This document shows, in pieces, positions 1-12,600 of a DNA stretch of 64,000 nucleotides (the first letter of the stretch is position 1; every line of letters begins with the position of its first letter). The notes beneath the pieces were generated by a model that ran no database searches, was not told the origin of the DNA, and was given only the letters and a program-made list of their open reading frames with translations. The position numbers and the translations under genes were made by a program. Source of the stretch: Octopus vulgaris (lineage: Eukaryota); assembly GCA_951406725.2 (NCBI GenBank), contig OX597814.1, positions 194,990,001-195,054,000 on the forward strand. Direction: 5' to 3'.

Positions 1-76
1 CTACTGCTACCCCATGTGTGTTTATATCCATGAAATCTGTATAACAAAACTCTGAAATTTTTGATATCTATGTATA

Positions 77-447
77 GGTGTAGGAGTGGCTATGTGGTTG
101 TGTTAAGTAGCTTGCTTACCAACCACATGGTTCCGGGTTCAGTCCCACTGCGTGGCACCTTGGGCAAGTATCTTCTACTATAGCCTCGGGCCAATCAAAG
201 CCTTGTGAGTGGATTTGGTAGATGGAAACTGAAAGAAGCCCGTTGTATGTATGTGTGTTTGTCCCCCCAACATCGCTTGACAACTGATGGTGGTGTGTTT
301 ACGTTCCCCATAACTTAGTGGTTCGGCAAGAGAGACCGATAGAATAAGTACTAGGCTTACAAAGAATAAGTCCTGGGGTTGATTTGCTCGACTAAAGGCG
401 GTGCTCCAGCATGGCCACTGTCAAATGACTGAAACAAGTAAAAGAGT
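77..447 (+). mobile_element. SINE family A (tRNA-like head, CORE-like domain, central TA/TG microsatellite, gagtaaaa-type tail)
   Basis: A-box TGGCTATGTGG, B-box GGTTCAGTCCC, CORE-like gtggcaccttgggcaagt; more than 15 related copies in the window. Confidence 0.9.
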
Positions 448-952
448 ATATGTGTGCACACACACACACAACATTAGTTTCAAGTCTACTTTTCCATATC
501 ACAAGCTGGGTGGGATTTTTGAGGCAGTGTTTCATACTCGTACCCACAGAGTCACCATGTGTCTTAGTCACCTCTTACAACACAGGGATGTGGTGTACCT
601 AAAACTGGGACACAGATGGTAAGCTTATATGAAAGAGAGGTGGAAAGGGAGAAAAGAAAGAGAGAGAGGTTGAAAGGGGTGCCAAGAATACAGAAATGGA
701 TTAATTACAGTTTCATTTCCACACCTCTACATTTTTGTGAAGGCTGACTTTACTTTCATTCTTCCACGATCAATTGGGATAGGTTGGGCTGCCTATGTTC
801 AGTCCCCTGCAGGATGAAGGCCTCAGCAAGTTCTCACAACCAGCCATGGTCTAATGTGGAGGTTACAAATTTGAGCTTGAGATCATACTGGTTTGATGAT
901 CCTACTCTGCAACAATGGCTTGACATGACTGATAAATGCTGTTAATATATTT

Positions 953-1182
953 GGCGGCGAGCTGGCAGAAACGTTAGCACACCGGGCGAAATGCTTAGCG
1001 GTATTTTGTCTCATTACACTCTGAGTTCAAATTCCGCCGAGGTCGACTTTGCCTTTCATCCTTTCGGGGTCGATAAATAAAGTACCAGTTTCGCACAGGT
1101 GTCGATGTAATCGGCTTAATCCCTTTGTCTGTTCTTGTTTGTCTCCTCTATGTTTAGCCCCTTGAGGGCAGTAAAGAAATAG
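953..1182 (+). mobile_element. SINE family B (tRNA-like head, Meta/alpha-like domain)
   Basis: ggcggcgagctggcagaaacgttag...gagttcaaattcc...gcctttcatcctttcggggtcgataaa; about 14 copies in the window. Confidence 0.88.
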
Positions 1183-1242
1183 GTATTTGGATTTGATCAC
1201 TGATAACCTTTCACAGCCAACATTGATCTGGCAGTGGTTTAA

Positions 1243-1462
1243 CCATTTAGTATTCAAACTGGCCATATCTGGCCTAAATATTCCACCTGTTTGATGTTCA
1301 AACAAATCAGATCCAGCCTCTCACACTCACTCTACAATGTCCTTCTAAAAATAAGCAATCACATTTTGAAAATCTCAAAGCTACAAGATAATGCACGATT
1401 AATTTAAAACAATATCAATAAATAAGGATGACATTTGCCAGAATAATCTGAATACTAAATGA
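1243..1462. mobile_element. piggyBac-like MITE (family P2)
   Basis: TTAA on both sides, TIR-like ccatttagtattc / gaatactaaatga; related copies at ~16700-16912 and 44231-45004. Confidence 0.7.
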
Positions 1463-1642
1463 TTAATAATTAATTAAAAATTTCTTATTCCAAACTAAGC
1501 TTCCATTAGGTTCAGCTCTTTTTTGAAGTCTGTGATACAAAATAAAAGTATTAATTAAGCATTAAGTAGATTAGACCACACTTAATTGAATAATTATATT
1601 TGGCACTAGTAATGAGATCAGCTTACAAAGTATGTACATAAG

Positions 1643-1928
1643 TGCAGGTGTGGCTTTGTGGTAAGATGCTTGCTTCCCAACCACATGGTTCAAAGTTCAG
1701 TCCCACTGTGTGGCACCTTCGGCAAGTACCTTCTACTCTAGCCTCAGGCAGATCAAAGCCTTGAGAGGATTTGGTAGATGGAAGAAGCCTGCTGTATACG
1801 TGTGTCTCTTACCACCGCTCGACAACTGGTGCTGGTGTGTTTATGTCAGAATTGACTTAGTGGTTTGGCAAAAGAGACAGGATAGAATAAGTACTAGGCT
1901 TAAAAGAAAAAAGGACTGGGGTTGATTC
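1643..1928 (+). mobile_element. SINE family A, diverged
   Basis: Aligns by eye to the family A head and body. Confidence 0.8.
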
Positions 1929-2200
1929 ATCTTCATCATCGTTTAACGTCCGCTTTCCATGCTAGCACGGGTTGGACGATTTTGACTGTGGGCTGGCGAA
2001 CCAGATGGCTGCACCAGGGTCCAATCTTGATCTGGCAGAGTTTCTACAGCTGGATGCCCTTCCTAACGCCAACTACTCTGAGAGTGTAGTGGGTGATTTT
2101 TACGGGGGCCAGTCACACGGTACTGGCAACGAACTTGCTCGAATATTTTTACACATGTCACTGATAACAATCACACTCGAATGGTGCCTTTTACTGTGAC
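1928..2200 (-). mobile_element. Family C non-autonomous retroposon with RTE-like motif and (GAT)n tail
   Basis: Reverse of aggaagggcatccagctgtagaaac...catggaaagcggacgttaaacgatgatg; about 12 copies in the window. Confidence 0.8.
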
Positions 2201-2239
2201 CATGCTGGGGCACTGTTTTGAAGAAAGAAGCCCAAGCAG

Positions 2240-2722
2240 GACATATAGAGAGCCAATGCCCTCTACTTATTCTGCTTGCTGCTTCTTTCTGGCTTACACA
2301 AGTTGTGGTTTGGCCCCTAAGTCAGCCAAAGTCCATCTCCTGCTCACCGTGGTGGGGACGCTGGCAAAGGGTAGTGTCAGAGCTATGCCGTCGGGAAGTT
2401 TGGTTCCTGGTAGGGCCACCCATGGTGGATTGGTCTGACACCGAGTGATATTAGGGCCACAACCCGGCAGATGGGGCTCTGGTGAAAATCCTCGGAGTGT
2501 CTGCATCGGCAACCGGCGGCTCCTTGTTCGTTCTGTCCCTGCGTCTGCGGACAATCTGTGGCAAACAGGATGTCTCCACATGCGGGATTGTTGGGGGCCA
2601 CTTGTGAAATCCACATATTCCCACGAAACTTCTTCCAACTTCTTCGAGATGCCTCGAGGGTGGTAGAAGAAGCCGACTCAACCCGCCTAGGGTGAATGTT
2701 ACCACAAGAACAAGTAAGTAAG
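2240..2722 (+). mobile_element. Internally deleted (bipartite) RTE-clade element
   Basis: RTE 5'UTR-like gagctatgccgtcggg...ctggtagggccacccatg joined to a 3' end reading ...DSTRLG* plus caagtaagtaag tail; the 3' end resembles 37860-37970. Confidence 0.6.
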
Positions 2723-2941
2723 TCAGCCTTCATTAAGTAGATCTACATTGAAGAAGTTAAGAAAAACAACAGTTCATTTAGTAAATGCAATGGCTCTGAG
2801 GATAGAGTACTTAAAGGACTCCAGCCAAAGAAGTCTGTTGCTTGGTAAGACATTGAGCTGGCCTTTACCGTCAAGTTGAAAAACAGATCCTGCTCAGAGA
2901 GTCAAGTTGTTACTAGTTGTAGCATAAGCTTCAGTTATTAA

Positions 2942-3160
2942 CCCTTTCGTTACTGTATTTATTTTGGGATGCTCTGTGTTTCTTCCAATTACTTTAAATA
3001 TAACAAAGAATTTAGTAAAATTACTTAGTTATCATTAAGCTAGTGTTAGAACATGAATTGTGACTAAGGTTTGATGGAAGATTTTAATTCAAAACTTATG
3101 AAAACAAGACATTTGTACTCGGAGCCAGAGCTGGTTTCAGCCGGGTTGGTAATGAAAGGG
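2942..3160. mobile_element. piggyBac-like MITE (family P1)
   Basis: TTAA TSD (2938-2941, 3161-3164), TIR ccctttcgttac / gtaatgaaaggg; second copy at 55151-55361. Confidence 0.85.
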
Positions 3161-4322
3161 TTAAAAGATCCCAAGATTACAAGTTCTATCATTCATATGG
3201 TTTTTGCAATAAACACACACAATCCACTTCATCATCATTTTGTCTACTTTTCCATGCTGGCACTAGTTGGACAGTTTGCCATGGACCAATTCAGCACTAA
3301 CAAAAATTACTTCCTAGACAAGTTGGGACCCACATCTCATTCGTACGTTACATATTTGGTATGTTTTCTATGGCTGGATGCCTTATCTAGCCCAGACCAC
3401 ATTATAGAGTGCACTGGGTACATTTTATCATGGTGCCAGCACTAAAGAAGTTGTCATGTCCTTGACAAAGCTAACGACTCTTGTCTATCCTACATTTTCT
3501 TCATTCTATTGTTAACCACTTCAGAGAGTGCTGGATGTGTTTTATCATGGTATCAGTATGAGAGAAGTTGCCTTGTTCCCAAGCATGACTAAAGAGACTT
3601 CCCAAATTTATGCTATCTCCATTGTTACCAGCACCAGAAGATCATTTTGTCTCTGGTGGACAGAAAAAGAGAGAGAGAAAAGAAATATAACCTAAGTGAG
3701 AGGGTAATGAAAGAGAACCAGAGTGACAGGGAGCTAGCATAGAGAGAGAGAGAGAGCTACATAAGGGTTGTTGGCAATGAGATTGGATAGGAAACGCAAG
3801 GGTGGTACGATGGATGAAGGGAGTGATAGGAGGGAGATAGCGTGTCAGATGACAAAGTACTGACAGTGAGGGAGATAGTGTTAAAGAGAGGGAAATGTTA
3901 AGAATGTAAGTAATATAGTGAAATTTAGTGATGAATGTGGATGAATGATACAGGAGGGAGGAAAGAGAGTGAGAGCGATAATTAGCAATAAAGGAAGGGA
4001 AATGATAGAGATATGGTGACAAAAAAAGAGACACATTGATAGAGAAGTGAGTGGTAGAGGAGAGTAGTATGTGGATGGGGACTTAATATGAACATAATAG
4101 TCAGGAGAGACCTAAGTGTTCATGTATATCTCAATGTTCACCACTAGCACAATTTTTATGCTAGTTTTTTTTTTGCATGTGCCATGGCAGAAGTATGTGT
4201 ATGTAAATAATGACATAAGATTGCGGTCCCATACCACACTACACTGGATACTGGAGAGAGTAGAAACCGTTACTAAGCCTGATCTTTGGCTATGTGTTGT
4301 GCTTCACAGCATATATATATTA

Positions 4323-4699
4323 CTAGCAGTATCGCCCGGCGTTGCTCAGGTTTGTAAGGGAAATAACTATAAAGCATTTTTAGTATAGCCAAAAAATAGC
4401 AAAAAAATGGAAAAAAAATGATGGTAAATTTTTTTTAGAGTTAAAAAAGGTGGAGTTGCCTCCCCTAGACGGTCTGTGGTTTGGGTTTCTGATTCTCGAC
4501 CCCATGTCGAATTTATCGATTTTTTTCAGAACTGGGGGAACTTTTCAAAATTTTCGCTGCGTTAGTTTTGAATTATGACATTGGGCTATGTGTGTGTCAA
4601 GTTTCATCAGAATCGGTTGAAAGCCGTGGTCAGGGTGAGGGTACAAGCAAACAGACACACAGAAACACGCACAGACAAACTGCCGTTTATATATAGAGA
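4323..4699 (-). mobile_element. Non-autonomous Helitron (family H2, short form)
   Basis: Minus strand 5'-TC...GC-rich hairpin gagcaacgccggg...CTAG-3' in an A|T site; shares its 5' ~200 bp with 43328-44104. Confidence 0.85.
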
Positions 4700-4877
4700 T
4701 ATATATATATATAGTCAATTCAAATAAATGAAAAAAAAAAGAACAGGGACAAGCACAAGAAATGTTTTAGTTTGACACTCAGTGAAAGGAGAGTCTGACA
4801 TTCTGAGCATAGCTCTTCATTGGAAAGGAGAAAAGGAAAAGTCCAAAGATGGAAAAGAAATTGCCAATGGCAGAAAT

Positions 4878-5050
4878 GGAGGCGCAATGGCCTAGTGGTT
4901 AGGGCAGCGGACTTGCGGTCGGAGGATCGCGGTTTCGATTCCCAGACCGGGCGTTGTGTGTGTTTATTGAGCGAAAAAAAAAAAACCACCTAAAAGCTCC
5001 ATGAGGCTCCGGCAGGAGGTGGTGATCCCTGCTGTTCTCTTTCACCACTC
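4878..5050 (+). mobile_element. SINE family D (tRNA-derived head), 3'-truncated and fused to a family A tail
   Basis: A-box TGGCCTAGTGG, B-box GGTTTCGATTCCC; homologous to 40471-40768. Confidence 0.8.
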
Positions 5051-5102
5051 TAAAGGCGGTGCTCCAGCATGGCCGCAGTCAAATGACTGAAACAAGTACA
5101 AA

Positions 5103-5147
<45 letters not shown>

Positions 5148-5151
<4 letters not shown>

Positions 5152-5348
5152 AGAGTTTACGAAAAAAAAAACAAAAAACAAAGACAGGTGGTGTAGAAAA
5201 CAAACAGATGTATTAGTATAATGCCTGGGAATTGAAAAAGTCTTTTATGTTTTGAGCCTACGCTCTTCCACAGAAAGAAACAAGGAGAGAAACAAAGTGA
5301 GAAACAAGGAGAGAAATGTGTGTAGTGGCTACCAATCTATCATGGCGA

Positions 5349-5350
<2 letters not shown>
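5148..5350 (-). mobile_element. Probable Penelope-like pseudo-LTR remnant with degenerate minimal hammerhead
   Basis: Minus strand tcttt-CTGTGGA-a-gagc gtag gctc-AAAA-ca-ta-aaaga fits minimal type I hammerhead topology with a decayed core; related remnant at ~4740-4870. Confidence 0.5.
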
Positions 5351-5389
<39 letters not shown>

Positions 5390-5392
<3 letters not shown>

Positions 5393-5752
5393 CTCTTTTA
5401 CTCTTTACTCTTTTACTTGTTTCAGTCATTTGACTGCGGCCATGCTGGAGCACCACCTTTTAGTACTTATTCTATCGGTCTCTTTTTGCCGAACCGCTAA
5501 GTGACGGGGACATAAACACACCAGCATCGGTTGTCAAGCAATGCTAGGGGGACAAACACAGACACACAAACACACATATACATATATATACGACAGGCTT
5601 CTTTCAGTTTCCGTCTACCAAATCCACTCACAAGGCATTGGTCGGCCCGGGGCTATAGCAGGAGACACTTGCCCAAGATGCCACGCAGTGGGACTGAACC
5701 CGCAACCGTGTGGTTGGTTAGCAAGCTACTTACCACACAGCCACTCCTGCGC
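5390..5752 (-). mobile_element. SINE family A
   Basis: Full-length reverse copy. Confidence 0.9.
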
Positions 5753-6544
5753 CTATGTATAGGCGCCTATATATATATAAAGTTGAAAAAAAATCCATGC
5801 AAATCCAAGTAGATAGTTAAAAAGTTAAAGTGGAAACAGCATGAAAGTGTGTTTGAAGATTTTTTTTTTTTTTTGATATTTGTTACATTGACTTTTATAA
5901 AAATATTACCACTTTCAATATGTCCATCTTACCAAATATTAAAAATTCAAAGTCAAAAATTAGGAAATAAGAAAAAAATAGGAAGAAGTTTGTTCATATT
6001 TTGCGCATAGCTAAGAATATGTTTAGTGTATATAGACACGCACATGCCTCTCTTTGTCTAACATACACACGCTGATGTATGAGATTTCAATACTTAACAG
6101 TACTTAAGAAAGTGATCTCATGAATCTTCAAATTTTTTAAGAACTAGAAAATGTAGGCATCACAGATAAAATTAGTCAGAGAAAGCAGGAGGAGCAACAG
6201 TAGTGTTGATGGCACACATCAGGTTTTTTTTAAAGATGTTCATGATTTAACTTTGTATCTTTTAAACTTCCTTGCTTCTTGAAATAAATTTAACAAGTAC
6301 CACTTACAGAATATAAGCAGTACCTCAGCTGTAAGAGTTTGTTACTTAAAATAAATCTGAGAAAAAAAAATCAAAATAAAACCTCCATTTCATATAGAAC
6401 CAACTGTAGTTTAGTAAAAGAGAGAAAAAAAAATTATAATTCCTAAAAGGAAAAATGTTGATATCATTTCTTGAGAGTAAGTCAGTTCTTTCTGTTTTTG
6501 GTTAAGACCAAAAGTAAATTTTTTTAAAGAACAATATATAATGA

Positions 6545-6850
6545 ACATCATCATCATCATCATTGTTCGACCATGGTCGAGACAATGGAATTTACCATGC
6601 TATGCCAGACTTCACGGTCCATCATGGCATTACGGAGGTCCTGTTGCTGGATGCCTGTATCCCTGGAGAGTGTGCGCCCTCTGGTATTACGAGTAGATGG
6701 CTTCCAGAGGAGAAGAGTAGAAATTACTTCTTTTTCAGCTCTACAACAATGTCCAGCAAACTGGACTCTCCTACCTTTCACAAGAGATAACACAGGTGGC
6801 AGTTTCCCATATATTTGCATTTTGGTTAGATGGCGCTTCCACGAGAGATT
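6545..6850 (-). mobile_element. RTE/RTEX-clade LINE 3' fragment
   Basis: ORF SWKRHLTKMQIYGKLPP...RRVQFAGHCCR...AMMDREVW followed by a (TGA)n tail. Confidence 0.85.
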
Positions 6851-7438
6851 TTGAAAACGGTTATTAATAATTTTAATGATTTTTTTTTTCATGATTTAAA
6901 GAGGCTTTTAGAAATTCTCCAAAACTGAAGTGAGCACTGATTTATAAACAGGCTTTGGGAATTTTAAAAACGTTATTTTGTGGGGCATTCACTCTGCAAA
7001 GCTCTATGGGGCTTGGGGTTACTGGTGCAGCAAAGGGAAGGGCTATAAGTTCCTATTACTGAAGCTGTAGAGAAGGCCATAAGGTAGTTTTGGATAAAGA
7101 GGGCTGACCAGTGGTCCTGCAGCTATTTGGATGCAAGCTGGGATTTGATCTACCCTGGGTGGATCAGTTGGATGAAGAGTCTGATGTTGAAAGACATGAA
7201 ACCCCAAGGGTCCCAGAAACATCACTAATGATACGTCCCAGAGCATCTTTGAGATGTATCTTAGAATTATGTATTAAAAAACACAAAAAAATTAAGTTTT
7301 AATAAATTAGAGTAGCAGAAAGTTTATGTAGAAAAGATTGAAAGGCAGGGACGTGAGAAATGGTTTACTCACAAATCCCAAGATTTTAAAAATATTAAAA
7401 AGATGTTAAAAATAAAGACCATTATTTAAATAATCAAA

Positions 7439-7837
7439 TCTCTCTATATATAAAGCTGAAGTTATCTGTTTATGGCAGGTTTGGTAGCCTTCAACTAACA
7501 CTAACTCCTCTGAGACCCTGTGGCGCAAGTTAACCAAAACTGAGAATATGATAGAAGAAGGCTTGCTCTTCCTTCCGTAGAAGAAAAAATTCAAATCGGA
7601 CCATGTTAACACCAAAAGTTATTTACATCAAAACAGTGCTTTTTTTCTATGAAAATCCCTATTTTTTAACGATTTTTTGACTGCTGTGTCGCCATTTTTC
7701 GGTGTATTTCAACCAGAAAAATGTTCACTTAAAGAGAATAACAAGCTACATAATGCAAAATTTTTACTTTTCAAAAATTCCAATTCTAAAGGGTCGAAAA
7801 GAAAACAAACCCGAGCAATGCCGGGCGATACTGCTAG
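7439..7837 (+). mobile_element. Non-autonomous Helitron (family H1)
   Basis: A|TC...ccgagcaatgccggg...CTAG|T; near-identical copy at 58993-59386. Confidence 0.88.
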
Positions 7838-8214
7838 TAAACTATAAACTTATTTTAATTACTTAATTGTTATTGATGTTCTTACCTTAAATATTTTCAT
7901 ATCAATTTCATATTACATCTCTTCTTGCTGGTATATTTTACATTTGAAGTCTGCTTACCTTACACTATCTCACAAAGTTTTAAAATGACAATGACAGGGC
8001 GAGCTCCTATTCACCTCAATATTTTATTTCACATAAACTATTACACATCTGGTGCTATTATTTGAAATATGTCCTTAGTAGAGGGTGGAATACGTATCCA
8101 ACCGTGAAATTTACCCTAAATCAATCATTTAAATTACTCTCTGATTCAAGTTTTATAATAGCTATTACAACAGCTGTTGACACCAACATTTAAATAAAAA
8201 ATAATAGCTTTTAC

Positions 8215-8257
8215 CTGTCCTAGTGGTTGTGGTCCCTGTCATCTGGTAAGAACTCAT
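8215..8257 (-). CDS. Putative first coding segment (exon 8215-8278) of an unidentified minus-strand gene, MSSYQMTGTTTTRT, phase-1 donor
   Basis: Polypyrimidine acceptor ttctctattttcctttcag, 64-nt non-repetitive exon, donor CAG|GTAAAA; only one open frame, with ATG in an A(-3) context. Confidence 0.55.
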
Positions 8258-8991
8258 CTTTGAAATACACCAGTGGTTCTGAAAGGAAAATAGAGAAGAA
8301 AAAAATAAGCATTTTTAATAGGTTTATAATTAACATAATAATATTATAGAGTGCAAGTACAACAAAAGCTTTTTAACAAAAGGTGTGTACCATAACGGGG
8401 TCTGCCATTGTTTTTCTTTTTTTTTTTCACATGCTAGAATTAGGTTAGATGTATATTTATTTGAGGTATATTTTACAGCCAAATGTCCCTCCTGTTGTCA
8501 ACTCTTACCTGTTCTGCAAGCAAGATAATTTTTTTTTAATATTACAAATGGTCTTCAAAAAATTAAACCACTATCTGTTTCAGGTAGATGTCTACGAAAT
8601 TTCATAGTAGTTGTTGAGACTAGAAATTCTCAACAAAAAGTTATTTACTGGACATTCGAATAAAAAAAAAAATACAACAACTATACAATGAAAACAAATA
8701 GACACCATTTACAACCTGTCTACATTAGATGAAAGGCAAGTATTGTTTGCATAAAATCCAGAAAATTGCTTTATTATTAAGAACAAAATTATTTTAAAGT
8801 TTAAAAGCAAGATACAGACTACACCAAATTACAGTGGATTAGGATTTGAAGAAGGTATAAACTGAGCAGAGGAATAGTTAGGACTTCTATTTATTTTACT
8901 GAGCAGGAAAGAAATGCTAAATTAATTATGATAAAGCATCAAACTGAATCAGAAGACTTCTTGCTAGCATTCTACCTAGTAAGGTAAACTA

Positions 8992-9386
8992 GGATCTTTT
9001 CGGTTTAACCAGCATTTTTTTCTAGCGGGGTCATATGAAATCGTCACTTATAATTATGACCCTGGTATCGATCTATTGCATTTCAATCTGTTTTAGGGTT
9101 AGGGGGAAGGGTATCTTTTTTTTCTTCAGAAATGTAAATAAACCCAATCTGTTTCTTAAACGAGGGACATATTCATATGGCACAGAATGTTTTCACCTCA
9201 ATAGACATCATTGATTGGTTGAAATTGAAGAAAAACAACAACAAATATCTTACAAACTATAGAATTTTCTCAATAAAGACAAGAGAAAAAGATGTTTTAT
9301 AAACACATTCTACCAGTATACGAAGTTTAAGTGTTTAGTTACGTCGAAATTATTTTAAAAAACTGCCGTTCAAACTGAAAAGATCC
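8992..9386. mobile_element. Merlin-like MITE
   Basis: TIR GGATCTTTTCGGTTT...AAAAGATCC, 8-bp TSD gtaaacta. Confidence 0.88.
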
Positions 9387-9909
9387 GTAAACTATTTTTC
9401 TGTTTCATTATCTAAAATTAAGCAGTCTCTCCTAATACATCACCGTTACATTATTTTTCCCACCAGTATTCAATCATGAGAATTTCAAAACACCACAAAT
9501 AAGTCTAAAACAAGAATCCCAGGCCATAATGTTCAGTCACAAAAGCTCATGATTGACCCCCATCCTTACCACTTGGACTTTCACAGATTTACACACACAT
9601 CATCATCATTTAACGTCTGTTGTCCATGCTGGCACATCGGAGACTCCAGTCTTATTTGGCATGGTTTTCTACAGCTGGATGCCCTTCCTAACACTCAGAG
9701 TGTAATGGGTGCTTTTATGTGCCACCAGCAAGAGTGCCAGTTGCATGATAAGCATGCAGGTCATATTCTAGTTCTTCGAAATACTAACTAGTCACAGAAT
9801 GAAATGGGATTACCATTATTCTTATGGTACATAGAAACATGTGAGAAATGACCAAACACTGAGATCAGTTCAGGCTTCCCTCCTATGAGACTTTTATAGC
9901 TAATAAGTT

Positions 9910-10200
9910 ATCATCATTTAATGTCCACTTTTCCATGATTGTATTGGCTGGACAGAATTTGTTGAGGCAGATTTTCTATGGTTGGATGCCGTTCCTGTGG
10001 AAGATTGGAAGTGTACTTACATTGCTTGTGTGATGCTGATGCACATTTGCAACCATCATGCGATGTCTAAACAAAGGCGCATGTACACACACACACACAC
10101 TATACAACAGGTTTCTTTCACTTTCTGTTTATCAAATCCACTCGGAAGGCTTTGGTCGGTCTGGGGCTATAGCAAAAGACACTTGCCCAAAGTGCTATGC
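9910..10200 (-). mobile_element. SINE variant with family A 5' half and RTE-like (GAT)n tail, diverged
   Basis: Family A head remnants plus a family C-type tail; similar copy at 18585-18955. Confidence 0.6.
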
Positions 10201-11008
10201 TTGCACTTAGTGGTGGAGAATTTGATACTGTACAACTTACAACTGATAAAGAATATATTTGCTATGTAACTGACTGAAAAAGGCTGGAATTGTATAACAC
10301 TTATGTTAAGAGAGGCTGAGAGAGTGACTAATTTGAAGGAGTTTAATAATAACTCGTTAACTTGTTTATTTATTGGATCTATTAATTTGATGCTTTGGAC
10401 AGTTTGAATGCATTAAGGTTCTTCAATAAAAGACAATTTCTACCTATGCATTGCATTATCTGCCTTAATCCTTCAGATTCACCATTTGGGAGATTATCGG
10501 GATTTTTCAAAAGATTTAGGGCTGAGAGTACAAGACTAAACAGGATGTCTATTGTGCCATTGGTACTCATTATCTGCATAAGTGTACTATGGCATCCTCC
10601 AGTCAGAGAATTGAATCTGTGAGTTCAACCCTAAGCACTAGGTCAATCATCTTCACATAGGGCATTATGCTTTATTGTATGAGATTTCAGCCTAAATAAG
10701 GACACTTAAAAATACAATTGGTTTTGAGTGGTTTGGTAAAATGAGACCAAGAACAGTGTTAGGCTGGTTAGAATGGGATGGGTAATTAAAGCCTAAAGAA
10801 ATCTTAATATGGTTGAAAAATATACAAAAACCAGAGACAGGTGAAAGAACAGCAAACAGGGTGTATCAGTTTGATGTTGAAAAACAGAAATCTTTGGATG
10901 TTTTGATCCTATGCTCTTCTACAGAGTAAAAAAATATGAGGAGAGGAAACAGATGGAGAGAGAAAAAAAATGGTGCCTGAATTAACAGTGCTACATGTTT
11001 GGATAATA

Positions 11009-12260
11009 TTGGGTCATCCCATAAATAGAGCAGTTTTTTCAGTTGCATGAATTAAAAGTTGGAGGGAGACGGGATAAACTACCTGTATCAACTTTTATCT
11101 TGACTTTATTCTTAGTGCAAGTTTTGAAGAGTGCAGTTTGATTTTAACAGTTATTTTTACAAAGCTATAATGGAAGTGACAAAGGAGCATATTTGGCATA
11201 TTTTGCTTTACAAGATCAATAAAGGCAACAATGCAATGGAAAGTGCGAGGAATATTAATGCAGTATGTGGGGATAGGACAATAAGTGTAAGTCAGTGTCT
11301 TTGGTGGTTCCGGAAAATACGGCCTAGAAGACAAGCCTCGTCCTGGAAGATCTGTAGAACTCGATGTGGATGTCCTGCAAAAGCTGGTGGAACAAAATCC
11401 CTTTGTAACTGTTGAGGAACTAGCAGAGAAGCTTGGATCTGGTCATTCAACCAATCATTGACACCTGCATGCCATCAGAAAAGTCAGCAAATTGGGTCGA
11501 TGGGTTCCTCACAAACTTTCCGAGTCTAATCACAAGTAGAATAAATGTATGCTTTTCTTTGCTGTCGTGTCTCATGAATGAACCTTTTTTGGGGATCGAA
11601 TAGTGGCTGGTGATGAGAAATGGGTTCTCTATAAAAATGTCAAGTGCCGAAGATAGTGGGTGGGGGAAGGAGAATCACTGGCACCCCAGGCTAAAGAAGG
11701 TCTTCACCCATGTAAGGTGTTGGTATCGGTTTCGTGGAATATGAAAGGTTTAGTCCACTTTGAACTTTTAAACCCAAACCAAATGATAAAGGAGATCTAC
11801 TGTGAGCAGCCTGAGTGGCTCAAATCAGTGCCAGAAGAAAAATGATTATCTTTGGTTTCAAGATGAAAGGTGTTCTTCCATCAGGATAATGCTCAACCAC
11901 ATACAGTGGAAATGACATTCCATAGGCTGGAGCAGTTTGAATGGTAAACAATGCCCCACCCACCATATTCGCTGGACATTGTCCAACCTGATTATCATTT
12001 ATTCTGCAGTCTTCAAAATCATTTGGACAGAAAAAATATGAATTCTGTAGACGAGGTCAGAACAGAACTGGAGGAGTATTTTTCCTCATGGACAAGTGAA
12101 TTTTGGAAGAGAGGCTTTGCAAGTCTACCAGATAACTGGAAGAGCATCGTAGAAAATGAAGGAGAGTATATTTTAGATTAAAAAAGAACTTTGTTTATCT
12201 TAATTCTGAAAAATGAAAGAAATATAAAACAAAAACCACACTATTTATGGGATGACCCAA
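11009..12260 (+). mobile_element. Full-length, non-functional mariner (DD34D) transposon
   Basis: TA TSDs, TIR ttgggtcatcccataaata; disrupted transposase from MEVTKEHIWH with WVPHKL, GDEKW, HQDNA and PHPPYSLD..PDYHLF motifs, ending GEYILD* at 12181. Confidence 0.95.
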
Positions 12261-12394
12261 TATAATGGAGTTTTAACAGTCACATTAAATGAAGTCAAAT
12301 TTCCATGAAGCAATTAATTCTCTTTCATTAACTGAAGATTATTGAAGTAAAATTCACAAAATACTTTTCAAAAGAGTTGGAAAATGCACCATTG

Positions 12395-12600
12395 ATCGTC
12401 ATTGTTTAATGTCCGTTTTCCATGCTAACATGGGTTGGACGGTTCGACCGGGGTCTGGGAAGCCAGGAGGCTGCACCAGGCTCAGTCATGAGTGTAGTGG
12501 GTGCTTTTTACATGCAACTGGCACGGAAGCCAGTCAAGGTGGCGCTGCCATCGGCCATGTTCAGATGGTGCATTTTATGTGCCATCGGCCCAGGTATCAC
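12395..12600 (-). mobile_element. Family C retroposon, internally deleted
   Basis: gtttaatgtccgttttccatgctaacatgggttggacgg tail region. Confidence 0.75.

Noticed and set aside
4878-4952. tRNA gene candidate
   Set aside because: It continues into a SINE body shared with 40471-40768 and has no good acceptor stem, so it is a SINE head.
10382-10622. Overlapping 65-aa and 75-aa ORFs in non-microsatellite sequence
   Set aside because: No recognisable domain and only weak splice sites; probably old repeat or chance.
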